Sequence record: DRR723986_3020
Strand: one strand, 5' to 3'
Length of the DNA: 38,254 nt
The notes under the pieces were generated by a model, which saw nothing but the letters and a program-made list of their open reading frames with translations, ran no database searches and was not told the origin of the DNA. The first letter of the stretch is position 1; the number at the start of each line of letters is the position of its first letter. The translations under genes and the position numbers were made by a program. Shown in pieces: positions 1 to 9,427 of this stretch.

Positions 1-249
1 ACTCCTCTTCGGTGTTCGTATGCAGCGCACCTTCTAATCTTACGGTTAGACTCTGACTGACTAAAAATGACCTCCAGTCAGTCAATCGGCCCGGCAGACT
101 CCAAACTGCCGGGCCTCCCCCGTTTTAGGGCACCCGCAGTTGCCAAGGGGAAAAGCGCCGTGTCTGCTGTGCTGTGGTTTCCGCGGCAACACCGAGCCGG
201 TGCGACTGAAAATTCTTTGCCTCTCCAATTGAAAAGACGTGCGACGCCA

Positions 250-270
250 GAATGTTCTCGGCTAACATTC
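250..270. promoter_or_regulatory. Putative LacI-family operator (21-bp pseudo-palindrome)
   Basis: GAATGTT-CTCGGCT-AACATTC: perfect 7-bp inverted arms, ending 5 bp before the likely ATG (276) of a LacI-family gene; geometry resembles lacO1. Confidence 0.6.
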
Positions 271-275
271 GCGGA

Positions 276-1301
276 ATGCCCAAGTCTGAATACAAAAAGA
301 AAAATCCGACGGTTCAGGACGTCGCCCGCGCTGCCAATGTGTCGACGGCAACTGTCAGCCGCGTTTTGACGACACCCGACAGGGTATCCGCGGAAACCCG
401 GCGCCGTGTGTCGGAAGCGGTCGAAAAGACCGGATACGTCCTCAATCATGCGGCACGCAATCTCCGTCGCCGGGACACGGGAACAATCGTTGCGCTCGTT
501 CCGGACATCGGCAATTCCCACTTTTCGAACATTCTCCAGGGCATTGAAACGGTCTGCGCGGAAAGGCAGCTGAAGGTGCTGATTGCCGACACGCGCAAGC
601 CGTCCATGTCGCATTCGAGCCTGAGTGACTATTTCAGCAAGAACAATTGCGACGGGATCGTTATCCTGGACGGGCATTTCTCGATTTCCCGAATCAGATC
701 TTCCAATCCCAAGTCTCCGCCCATCGTGCTGGCCGGCGAATGGAGCGACGATCCGGCAGTGCCAATTGCCGTTGTCGACAATCTGATGGGGGCGGATCTG
801 GCGGTGTCGCACCTCCTCGAACTGAAGCACTCGAATATCGGCCACGTAACGGGCCTCCTGTCCCACAAGCCGGGAAGGGACCGGCTCGACGGATTCCGGG
901 CCACGTTGGGCGGTGCGGGTCTCGATCCGGCCAGTGCCTGGATCTTCGAGGGGGACTACACGCTGGAAGCCGGCGTCAGGGCCGCAAAGGCTTGGCTGGA
1001 CCTGCCGAACCGGCCGACCGCCGTCTTTTGTGCCAGCGACCGGTCCGCCTTCGGCTTCATTTCATTCCTGAGCGAAGCCGGCATCCGTGTGCCGCAAGAT
1101 GTTTCGGTTGTGGGGTTTGACGACATCGACATTGCCGGCCATTTCGTGCCGCCTCTGACAACAATCCATCAGCCTCGCCGAGCAGTTGGCGAGCAGGCTG
1201 CGAAACTGTTGCTCAACCTGCTGGGTGGTGCAAAGCCGGACAACGGCAGCGTTCAACTGGAGCCCTGGCTGGTGGTTCGCAAGAGTGCCGTGCCGCTTTA
1301 G
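276..1301 (+). CDS. LacI/GalR-family transcriptional regulator
   Basis: N-terminal HTH PTVQDVARAANVSTATVSRVL, hinge YVLNHAARNL, C-terminal VPQDVSVVGFDD and PPLTTIHQP motifs. ORF opens at 252; ATG 276 preferred because 252 lies inside the palindrome. Confidence 0.95.
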   Translation: MPKSEYKKKNPTVQDVARAANVSTATVSRVLTTPDRVSAETRRRVSEAVEKTGYVLNHAARNLRRRDTGTIVALVPDIGNSHFSNILQGIETVCAERQLKVLIADTRKPSMSHSSLSDYFSKNNCDGIVILDGHFSISRIRSSNPKSPPIVLAGEWSDDPAVPIAVVDNLMGADLAVSHLLELKHSNIGHVTGLLSHKPGRDRLDGFRATLGGAGLDPASAWIFEGDYTLEAGVRAAKAWLDLPNRPTAVFCASDRSAFGFISFLSEAGIRVPQDVSVVGFDDIDIAGHFVPPLTTIHQPRRAVGEQAAKLLLNLLGGAKPDNGSVQLEPWLVVRKSAVPL

Positions 1302-1541
1302 TGACGGAAAGCCCTTCAGTTCCTGGTGCTTTCAAGCAAGTCGTCCAGACACATGCGTGGCCGCCTGAAATGTTGGTGAGCAGTTTGATGGCACTCGATC
1401 AGGTCAAAATAAATTTAGGTATAAATCCCAAGGTTCTGAGTCTCGATGAGGTTTGGTTGTAAATAATTGGCATTGCGATCATTGCGATTATCTTTCATCG
1501 GAAAGTATTTCAATATTCTAAAAGTAAAAAGGTGACATCAA

Positions 1542-1558
1542 TCACGGAATTTCCGTGA
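1542..1558. promoter_or_regulatory. Perfect palindrome, candidate transcription-factor site
   Basis: TCACGGAA-T-TTCCGTGA in the AT-rich region upstream of the orphan ORF at 1630. Confidence 0.5.
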
Positions 1559-1629
1559 GAGATAGTAGATGGTTGTTGGTGAAATCTAACTCATTCAATC
1601 AATCCAATGATGGTGGGTAAGAAGAAGAC

Positions 1630-2748
1630 ATGCCGACGACCGTTACACTTACTCTGGATCAGCAACGCGATCACATCGCCAAGCGCGCTGTCATGTACCG
1701 GGACAACGCCAGATACATCAAGGACGGTGACCTCAAGGCCTACCAACTCTGGTTTTCCGGTTCGAGGTTCTGCGAGACCACCATTATCACTGCCGTTTTG
1801 ACCGCTGTGTCGGCAGGGTTGGCGACGCATCTGGGTGGTGTGGTGGCCGGAACTGCAGGGGCTGCCGAAGCGACAACAACGGTTGCCGCGACGACGCGAA
1901 TGGGAGTGCTGCTTCAGAACGGTCAAAGAGCGTTGCAGCTTGGGTCAAGGGCTCTTGCCGCGCCGGCTGGCTGGGCAGGATATCTGACCACGGGCACTGC
2001 TTATGAGGCCTATGTGACTGCAGGCATGTGCCGGTTCATGGCAGGATTTTCCGTCTCGGCCGCAAAGATGGTTCTTGATTCCATCTGCAATGGCCAGACG
2101 CCGCCAATGAAAGACCTGGCGATGGAGGTGTTTCTCCTGGCAGCGTTTTCCGCGCTTGGTGCGCCGGGCAACAATGTCGAAGGCAGCCTGTCGAAGAGCA
2201 TATTCCAGACAACCACAAGACCTGGAATGTTTCTCGCTGCCCCTTCCGCCGGATATACCTTTCTGAGCGCTCAAACCGTTACTGCGATTACCAAGATAAT
2301 CATGAAAGACACCAAGGCCTGCAGCAAAAAAGACCTTTATGAAAAGGCCTTGAAGGAACTTGCGGCAAAAGGGGCGAATGTGGAGGGGCTCATGGCCCTT
2401 TCCATCGACAAACTCGCAAGTGACATGATTTCCAACTTCCTGGCCACGGAAAGCCTGATCCGGAAGGAGATCAACAACAAGAGCTTCAAGCATCTTGTGC
2501 CGACATCTTTCAGGATGTTCGATATGAGAGGAAATACCCAAGCCTTCGACGACACCATGAAGAACTATGTCATCTCCGAGACGCTTCATGAGTTTTGGCT
2601 GGATGTCGGTATTGCGATCACCGATCTGCAGAATTGTCAGACCGAAATAAACCAGAAGGCTTCTGCCGCACAGGGTGCTGCAGGGGCCGGCGCTACGGCA
2701 CGACCAGCCGGCAACGGTGCACGTCCTCACGGGCACGCAACCCGGTAG
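1630..2748 (+). CDS. Hypothetical protein (372 aa) with Ala/Gly/Thr-rich hydrophobic segments
   Basis: Long ORF filling the gap between two clear genes, purine-rich AAGAAGAAG before the ATG, protein-like composition; no family recognised. Confidence 0.75.
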   Translation: MPTTVTLTLDQQRDHIAKRAVMYRDNARYIKDGDLKAYQLWFSGSRFCETTIITAVLTAVSAGLATHLGGVVAGTAGAAEATTTVAATTRMGVLLQNGQRALQLGSRALAAPAGWAGYLTTGTAYEAYVTAGMCRFMAGFSVSAAKMVLDSICNGQTPPMKDLAMEVFLLAAFSALGAPGNNVEGSLSKSIFQTTTRPGMFLAAPSAGYTFLSAQTVTAITKIIMKDTKACSKKDLYEKALKELAAKGANVEGLMALSIDKLASDMISNFLATESLIRKEINNKSFKHLVPTSFRMFDMRGNTQAFDDTMKNYVISETLHEFWLDVGIAITDLQNCQTEINQKASAAQGAAGAGATARPAGNGARPHGHATR

Positions 2749-3064
2749 GTCAAGGTTGTGTTCGGCCGATGGTTTTGCGCCTGATCCACCCGTCTTTCCG
2801 ATGCAGGCCTGTTCGGATTCGGGCCGCGTTCACAGGTTTCGGCTTCGTGCCATTCGCACATGCAGCGCAAATGAAACATTTCGACACGATTGAAACATAT
2901 TGCTGAAAATCCGCCGTCCTAGCCTGATTTTCAACGGGTTGGGACAGCGTCCTTCTTCGCCTTTAACAATTTACCGGTTGAAGGTTCGGTCGGCACGGCG
3001 TTTCATAGCCCCACAGGAAACGACCCTGGAAAACCGGGGCGCCTTCTAAAGGGAAGAAACATCT

Positions 3065-5050
3065 ATGGTAGGGTCGGCCAGCGCTACATCGCGCGGGGAG
3101 GACACCTTTCCGAAGATTCTCATGCGCAACGCGCAAGTCTTCGGAGACCGGACGGCGTTCCGGGAAAAGGATTTCGGGATCTGGCAAAGCTGGACCTGGT
3201 CCGAGGTGTGTGAAGAAATCCGCGCATTCTCCATCGGTTTGAAATCTCTGGGCCTGAAGGCTGGAGACAAGATCGCCATCGTCGGTGCGAACCGTCCAAG
3301 GCTCTATTGGGCGATGGTGGCCGCCCAGGCGCTCGGGGCCGTTCCGGTGCCTGTCTATTCGGACAGTGTTGCCGAGGAAATGGCCTTCGTGCTCGGCCAT
3401 GCCGAAGTCACCTTCGCGGTGGTCGAGGATCAGGAGCAGGTCGACAAGCTCCTGTCGATGGCGGACGAGGTAAAGTCGCTCACCGAGATCATCTATGATG
3501 AAGTGCGTGGCCTGCGCGACTACGATCATACCCACCTGCACGGCTATTCCTCGGTACAGGAAAAGGGACGCGAGCTGCTAGCGGCAACGCCGTCCCTGGC
3601 AGCCGAGTGGGAAGCCGGATTCCGCGACGCCAAGGGCTCAGACATTGCGGTGATGCTGTACACTTCCGGCACTACCGGGCGACCGAAGGGCGTGATGCTG
3701 TCCTTCGACAATCTGGTCATTTCGGCACGCAACGGCAACAAGTTCGATCATCTGGACGAGACCGAAGAAGTGCTCGCCTACCTGCCGATGGCCTGGATCG
3801 GCGACCACGTGTTCTCCCTGGCGCAGGCCTTCACGGCGGCCTATTGCGTCAACTGTCCGGAAAGCATGGACACGATCGACGTGGACCGGCTTGAAATCGC
3901 GCCGACCTATTTCTTTGCGCCGCCGCGCGTTTTCGAGAACATGCTGACCCGCATCATGGTGCGCATGGAAGATGCGGGGAAAACCAAGCGTGCGATCTTC
4001 GACTACTTCATGGAGGTCGCCCGCAAGGTGGGCGAGAAGATCCTGAATGGCGAAACGGTCGGCCTGAAGGACCGGATGCTTTACGCCCTCGGCGAGTTCT
4101 GCGTCTACGGACCTCTCAAGAACCGCATGGGTCTTACCCGAATGAAAGTCGGCTACACGGCCGGTGAAGCCATCGGGCCAGAGATCTTCCGCTTCTTCCG
4201 CTCGCTGGGCCTCAACCTCAAGCAGCTCTACGGCCAGACCGAGGCCAGCGTCTACATAACGCTGCAGCCGGATGGCGAGATCTACGGCGATACGGTCGGC
4301 AAACCTGCTCCCGATGTCGAGCTCAAGATCGCCGACAGCGGTGAAGTGATGTACCGCTCGCCGGGTGTCTTCGTCGGCTATTTCAAGAATGACGAGGCTA
4401 CCGCCAGCACCAAGACGCCGGACGGCTGGGTGCATACGGGTGATGCCGGCATCATTGCCGAGAACGGCCACCTGAAGATCATCGACCGCGCCAAGGATGT
4501 GGGCAAGCTCAATGACGGGGCACTATTCGCGCCGAAATACATCGAGAACAAGCTGAAGTTCTTCCCGAACATCAAGGAGGCGGTCGCCTTCGGTCACGAG
4601 AAGGACATGGTGGGGGTCTTCATCAACATCGATCTGACCGCGGTCGGCTCCTGGGCGGAACGCAACAACGTCAACTATGCCTCCTACCAGGAACTTGCCG
4701 CGCATCCGGATGTCTACGGCATGATCGAAAGCCATGTCGATCAGGTGAACCGGGACCTTGCCCGTGAACCGATGATGGCGGGTGCGCAGATCAAGCGGTT
4801 CCTGATCCTGCACAAGGAACTGGACGCGGATGATGGTGAGCTCACCCGCACGCAGAAGGTTCGCCGGAGCTTCATCGCCGAACGCTATGGTCCACTGATC
4901 GACGCGCTTTACGACGGATCCACCTCCAAGCATGTGCGTACGGAAGTAACCTTTGAAGACGGCCGCAAGGGCGCAATCGAAGCCACCGTCGAGATCCGCG
5001 ACATGTCCACCCATGACGCCGGAGCGGGCGTACAGGAGGCCGCCGAATGA
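3065..5050 (+). CDS. Long-chain acyl-CoA ligase (AMP-binding, ANL superfamily)
   Basis: YTSGTTGRPKG, YGQTE, GWVHTGDAG and ELTRTQKVRR motifs. Confidence 0.93.
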   Translation: MVGSASATSRGEDTFPKILMRNAQVFGDRTAFREKDFGIWQSWTWSEVCEEIRAFSIGLKSLGLKAGDKIAIVGANRPRLYWAMVAAQALGAVPVPVYSDSVAEEMAFVLGHAEVTFAVVEDQEQVDKLLSMADEVKSLTEIIYDEVRGLRDYDHTHLHGYSSVQEKGRELLAATPSLAAEWEAGFRDAKGSDIAVMLYTSGTTGRPKGVMLSFDNLVISARNGNKFDHLDETEEVLAYLPMAWIGDHVFSLAQAFTAAYCVNCPESMDTIDVDRLEIAPTYFFAPPRVFENMLTRIMVRMEDAGKTKRAIFDYFMEVARKVGEKILNGETVGLKDRMLYALGEFCVYGPLKNRMGLTRMKVGYTAGEAIGPEIFRFFRSLGLNLKQLYGQTEASVYITLQPDGEIYGDTVGKPAPDVELKIADSGEVMYRSPGVFVGYFKNDEATASTKTPDGWVHTGDAGIIAENGHLKIIDRAKDVGKLNDGALFAPKYIENKLKFFPNIKEAVAFGHEKDMVGVFINIDLTAVGSWAERNNVNYASYQELAAHPDVYGMIESHVDQVNRDLAREPMMAGAQIKRFLILHKELDADDGELTRTQKVRRSFIAERYGPLIDALYDGSTSKHVRTEVTFEDGRKGAIEATVEIRDMSTHDAGAGVQEAAE

Positions 5051-5874
5051 ACGCGATCGTTTCCGACAAGACACTGTCGCCAAATGGTGCGCAGGAACCG
5101 GCAAAGCGCGAGGTGCTGCTGCGGGTCGATAACGTGTCGCTGTCCTTCGGCGGCGTGAAGGCGATCACCGACATTTCGTTCGACATCCAGAAGGGCGAGA
5201 TCCGCGCGATCATCGGTCCGAACGGGGCCGGCAAGACGTCCATGCTCAATGTCATCAACGGATTTTATCATCCGCAGGAAGGCACGATCACCTGGCAGGG
5301 CCAGGTGCGCCGCAAGATGAAGCCTTACGAGGCTGCCAGCCAGGGGATTGCCCGGACTTTCCAGAACGTGGCGCTGTTCAAGGGCATGACCACGCTGGAC
5401 AACATCATGTCCGGCAGAACCTTGAAGATGCACAAGAACTTCTTCTGGCAACTTCTGTGGCGCGGCCCGGCGGAGCGCGAGGAAATCGAACATCGGCGCA
5501 AGGTCGAGGACATCATCGATTTCCTTGAAATTCAGGCAATCCGCAAGACACCTGTCGGGCGCTTGCCCTACGGGCTGCAAAAGCGGGTCGAGCTTGGCCG
5601 CGCGCTGGCGATGGAGCCGGATCTGTTGCTGCTCGATGAGCCGATGGCCGGTATGAACCTTGAAGAAAAAGAAGACATGAGCCGGTTCATCATCGACGTG
5701 AATCAGGAATTCGGCACGACGATCGCCCTGATCGAACATGACATGGGCGTCGTCATGGATCTCTCCGACCGGGTGGTCGTGCTCGACTACGGCAAGAAGA
5801 TCGCCGACGGGCCACCGGAGGAAGTGCAGGCCAGCCAGGCCGTTATCGACGCTTATCTCGGTGTGAGCCACTAG
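5047..5874 (+). CDS. ABC transporter ATPase, LivG-like
   Basis: Walker A GPNGAGKT, IARTFQN, LPYGLQKRVELGRAL, LLLLDEP, IEHDM, VIDAYLG; ATGA overlap with the upstream gene. Confidence 0.95.
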   Translation: MNAIVSDKTLSPNGAQEPAKREVLLRVDNVSLSFGGVKAITDISFDIQKGEIRAIIGPNGAGKTSMLNVINGFYHPQEGTITWQGQVRRKMKPYEAASQGIARTFQNVALFKGMTTLDNIMSGRTLKMHKNFFWQLLWRGPAEREEIEHRRKVEDIIDFLEIQAIRKTPVGRLPYGLQKRVELGRALAMEPDLLLLDEPMAGMNLEEKEDMSRFIIDVNQEFGTTIALIEHDMGVVMDLSDRVVVLDYGKKIADGPPEEVQASQAVIDAYLGVSH

Positions 5875-5886
5875 GAGGGACGAACC

Positions 5887-6840
5887 ATGCTCTACGACAT
5901 TTTTATCGATCCCTTCGTACAGATGTACCAGATGCCGGATTTCTTCCTGCAGGTCCTGTGGGAAGGTTTCGTCGCCGGAATTCTGTATGCGCTGATCGCG
6001 CTGGGTTTCGTGCTGATCTTCAAGGCCTCCGGCGTGTTCAACTTCGCCCAGGGCATCATGGTGGTGTTCGCCGGCCTGACGCTGGTGGGCCTCAACGAAA
6101 ACGGTGTGCCTGCCTATCTGGCACTGATCCTGACCATCGGCGTGATGGGGGTTCTGGCATACGGAGTGGAACGGGTGGTCATGAGACCCCTGGTCAACCA
6201 GCCGGAAATCATCCTTCTGATGGCGACCATCGGCCTGACGTATTTCCTCGTCGGCTTCGGTGAATTCGTCTTCGGCGGAGAGCCCAAGCAGATGATCACC
6301 GAGCAATTGGGGCTGCCTACCGGCTCGACCGCGTTCGAATTCGGTGACCGGGGGCTCGTGATCCTGCAGCATATCGATATTGCGGCAGCCGTGATCGCGG
6401 TGGTGATGGTGACGGCGCTCGGCATCTTCTTCAACAAGACGCGGATCGGCCGGGCCTTGCGGGCCGTTGCTGACGACCACCAGGCTGCCCTTTCCGTCGG
6501 TATCTCTCTCAACCAGATCTGGGCGATCGTCTGGTTCGCAGCAGGCCTCGTGGCCCTGGCGACCGGCATCATGTGGGGGGCACGGTCCGACGTGTCCTTC
6601 GCGCTGGAAATCGTAGCGTTCAAGGCGTTGCCGGTGCTGATCCTCGGCGGCTTCACGTCGATCCCGGGTGCCATTGTCGGCGGCCTGATCATCGGCTTCG
6701 GCGAGAAGATCGGCGAACTGTACTGGGGTGGTCTTGTGGGGGGCGGTATTGAATCCTGGCTCGCCTATATCATCGCCCTGATCTTCCTTCTGTTCCGGCC
6801 ACAAGGCCTCTTCGGCGAACGTATCATCGAGCGGATCTAG
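5887..6840 (+). CDS. ABC transporter permease, LivH-like
   Basis: YALIALGFVLIFKASGVFNFAQG, GRALRAVADD, LGGFTSIPGAIVGG; RBS GGAGG. Confidence 0.95.
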   Translation: MLYDIFIDPFVQMYQMPDFFLQVLWEGFVAGILYALIALGFVLIFKASGVFNFAQGIMVVFAGLTLVGLNENGVPAYLALILTIGVMGVLAYGVERVVMRPLVNQPEIILLMATIGLTYFLVGFGEFVFGGEPKQMITEQLGLPTGSTAFEFGDRGLVILQHIDIAAAVIAVVMVTALGIFFNKTRIGRALRAVADDHQAALSVGISLNQIWAIVWFAAGLVALATGIMWGARSDVSFALEIVAFKALPVLILGGFTSIPGAIVGGLIIGFGEKIGELYWGGLVGGGIESWLAYIIALIFLLFRPQGLFGERIIERI

Positions 6841-6853
6841 GGATATCTGACCC

Positions 6854-7930
6854 ATGTTTTATCGCGAAGCTGGCCAATTCAAGACGAGCTACAAGGCGGA
6901 TCAGGCGCTGTTCCCGATCCTCCAGGACCGCGTCGGCCTGGCCGTCATTCTCATCACGGCGTTTGCAGTCATTCCGGCCCTTGCAAACGACTTCTTCCTG
7001 ACCTCCATCATGATCCCGTTCCTGGTGTTTTCGCTGGCGGCGATCGGGCTGAACATCCTGACCGGGTTCTGCGGACAGTTGTCCCTGGGAACCGGTGCGT
7101 TCATGGGGGTCGGTGCCTATGCCGCCTACAAGCTGACGTCGATCTTTCCCGATGCCAATGTCATCGTGATGGTTCTGGTATCCGGCGTGTTCTCGGCTGC
7201 CATCGGTGCGGTCTTCGGACTGCCGAGCCTGCGCATCAAGGGGCTTTACCTGGCGGTAACAACGCTCGCCGCGCAGTTCTTCCTGGAATGGTGCTTCATC
7301 CGTATTCCGTGGCTCTACAACTACAACGCCTCCGGCGCAATCGAAGTGCCGCGCCGCGAAGTTTTCGGCATCATCGCCACGGGGGCGGAAGCAACGCCAC
7401 TGGCACGCTACTTCATCGTTCTCGGTATCACGGTGCTGATCGCCTTCCTGATGGCGAACGTCCTGCGCGGCCGGATCGGCAGATCCTGGATGATGATCCG
7501 CGACATGGACATTGCGGCTGAACTCATAGGCGTTCGCCCGCTGCAGACCAAGCTGATGGCCTTTGCCGTGTCGTCCTACATCTGCGGCGTGGCCGGTGCG
7601 ATGATGGTGTTCTTCTGGCTGAATGCCGCCGAGCCGTCGTCCTACTCCATCCGGTTGTCCTTCCAGGTGCTGTTCATGGTGATCCTGGGCGGCCTGGGCA
7701 GCCTCGGCGGAGCCTTCATGGGAGCCGCCTTCATCTGGATCCTGCCTGTTGTTCTGAAATTCGTACCCGGCCTCCTCGGCATCGACCTGGCCGCGGAGAC
7801 CGTGGAGCACGCGACCTTCATGATCGTTGGCGCTCTCATCATTTTCTTCCTGATCGTCGAACCGCACGGCTTTGCGCGGCTCTGGCAGATCGCGAAGCAG
7901 AAGCTCAGGGTCTGGCCGTTCCCTTACTAG
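6854..7930 (+). CDS. ABC transporter permease, LivM-like
   Basis: GLNILTGFCGQLSLGTGAFMGVGAY, LRIKGLYLAVTTLA, MVILGGLGS. Confidence 0.95.
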   Translation: MFYREAGQFKTSYKADQALFPILQDRVGLAVILITAFAVIPALANDFFLTSIMIPFLVFSLAAIGLNILTGFCGQLSLGTGAFMGVGAYAAYKLTSIFPDANVIVMVLVSGVFSAAIGAVFGLPSLRIKGLYLAVTTLAAQFFLEWCFIRIPWLYNYNASGAIEVPRREVFGIIATGAEATPLARYFIVLGITVLIAFLMANVLRGRIGRSWMMIRDMDIAAELIGVRPLQTKLMAFAVSSYICGVAGAMMVFFWLNAAEPSSYSIRLSFQVLFMVILGGLGSLGGAFMGAAFIWILPVVLKFVPGLLGIDLAAETVEHATFMIVGALIIFFLIVEPHGFARLWQIAKQKLRVWPFPY

Positions 7931-8034
7931 GGGCTGCCAGCCTTTTCGCCCGCCATCCGGACATGGACCGATCCGGTGAGGAATGGCGCAACCGGTCCGG
8001 CGGTATTCATTTCGATGCCGCGTGGGAGGAGAAT

Positions 8035-9366
8035 ATGAAAAGCATCAAGCAATTTGCGCTGGGAACCGCTGTTGCGCTCGGGGTCGGTCTCTCCGGCGCC
8101 ATGACGACCGCGGTCCAGGCACAAGATACCAACTATGTGCCGCTCCTGACTTACCGGACCGGGCCTTACGCCGGCTCCGGCATCCATATCGCCAACGGCA
8201 TGCATGACTACCTGCAGATGCTGAACGAGCGCGATGGTGGCATCGGCGGCGTCAAGCTGGCGCTGGAAGAGTGTGAAACCGGCTACAACGCCCAGAAAGG
8301 CGTCGAGTGCTACGAAGCCACCAAGGGCAAGGGCGCGCTGGTCTACAACCCGTATTCCACCGGTATCACGCTACAGCTGATCCCCAAGGCCGGTGTCGAC
8401 AAGATCCCGGTTCTTTCGATGGGTTACGGCCTGTCGGCTGCCGCTGTCGGTTCCACGTTCCCGTGGATCTTCAACGTGCCGGACACCTACTGGGACGGCG
8501 CTTCCGTGGTCATCAAGTACATCGGTGAGCAGGAAGGCGGTCTTGAAAACCTCAAGGGCAAGAAGATCGGTTACATCTTCCTTGACGCCGGTTACGGCCG
8601 CGAGCCCCTGCCGCTTTTGGAACAGCTGGCCGAAAAATACGGCTTCGAGCTGCTGCAGTACCCGGTTCCGGGTGCGGAAATGCAGAACCAGTCTTCACAG
8701 TGGCTGAACGTACGCCGCGACCGTCCGGACTACATGATCATGTGGGGCTGGGGCGCGATGAACCCGACCGCCGTCAAGGAAGCCGTCAAGATCCGCTTCC
8801 CGATGGACAAGTTCATCGGTGTGTGGTGGTCCGCAGGTGACGACGATGCTGCCGCCGGCGGTGAAGGTGCCAAGGGCTACAAGGCACTGAACTTCTCCGG
8901 TGTCGGCGCCGACTTCCCGGCTCTCGATGACATCAAGAAACACGTCATCGATACAGGCAAGTCCTCCACCGATGCGGAGACGATCGGCAGCACGCTCTAT
9001 AACCGCGGCGTTCTGAACTCGGTCATCATCGCGGAAGGCATTCGCAGCGCCCAGCAACTGACCGGCAAGACGGTCATCACGGGCGAAGACATGCGTCTTG
9101 GTCTCGAGGCTCTCAACCTGGACGAGGCTCGTCTGGCCGAGCTCGGCCTGAAAGGCTTCGCCCATCCGATGAAAGTGACCTGCGATGACCATGCCGGCAG
9201 CCATCCGGTGTTCATCCAGGAGTGGGACGGCAAGAAGTGGCGTCAGGCTTCTGACTGGATCGAGCCGATGACCGATGTGGTCCGTCCGCTGCTGGAAGCA
9301 GCCGCTGCGGAATACGCAGAAAAGAATGCGCCGTGGCCGGCGCGCACCGAACCCTGCCCGAACTGA
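8035..9366 (+). CDS. ABC transporter substrate-binding protein (type 1 periplasmic, Liv-like family)
   Basis: RBS GGAGGAG before ATG 8035, Sec signal ending in AVQA, YRTGPYA and NERDGGIGGVKL motifs; position within the Liv-type operon. Confidence 0.92.
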   Translation: MKSIKQFALGTAVALGVGLSGAMTTAVQAQDTNYVPLLTYRTGPYAGSGIHIANGMHDYLQMLNERDGGIGGVKLALEECETGYNAQKGVECYEATKGKGALVYNPYSTGITLQLIPKAGVDKIPVLSMGYGLSAAAVGSTFPWIFNVPDTYWDGASVVIKYIGEQEGGLENLKGKKIGYIFLDAGYGREPLPLLEQLAEKYGFELLQYPVPGAEMQNQSSQWLNVRRDRPDYMIMWGWGAMNPTAVKEAVKIRFPMDKFIGVWWSAGDDDAAAGGEGAKGYKALNFSGVGADFPALDDIKKHVIDTGKSSTDAETIGSTLYNRGVLNSVIIAEGIRSAQQLTGKTVITGEDMRLGLEALNLDEARLAELGLKGFAHPMKVTCDDHAGSHPVFIQEWDGKKWRQASDWIEPMTDVVRPLLEAAAAEYAEKNAPWPARTEPCPN

Positions 9367-9376
9367 TAGGCAGTCC

Positions 9377-9409
9377 GCTCCGCCGCGCCGCATAAACGTG
9401 CGGCGGAGC
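9377..9409 (+). other. Intercistronic stem-loop after the binding-protein gene
   Basis: GCTCCGCCGCG ... TGCGGCGGAGC inverted repeat with no U-tract; likely an mRNA stability element (inference). Confidence 0.5.
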
Positions 9410-9427
9410 AACCAGGGAGAAGAGGGA

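Noticed and set aside
2991-3005. sigma54-like CGGCACG-N4-TTCA before the acyl-CoA ligase
   Set aside because: The invariant GC at -12 is missing.
4909-6855. 648-aa minus-strand ORF and other long antisense ORFs (e.g. 23416-24951, 10290-11573, 13152-14354)
   Set aside because: They are shadows of well-supported genes on the opposite strand, expected from high-GC codon bias, and carry no recognisable motifs.
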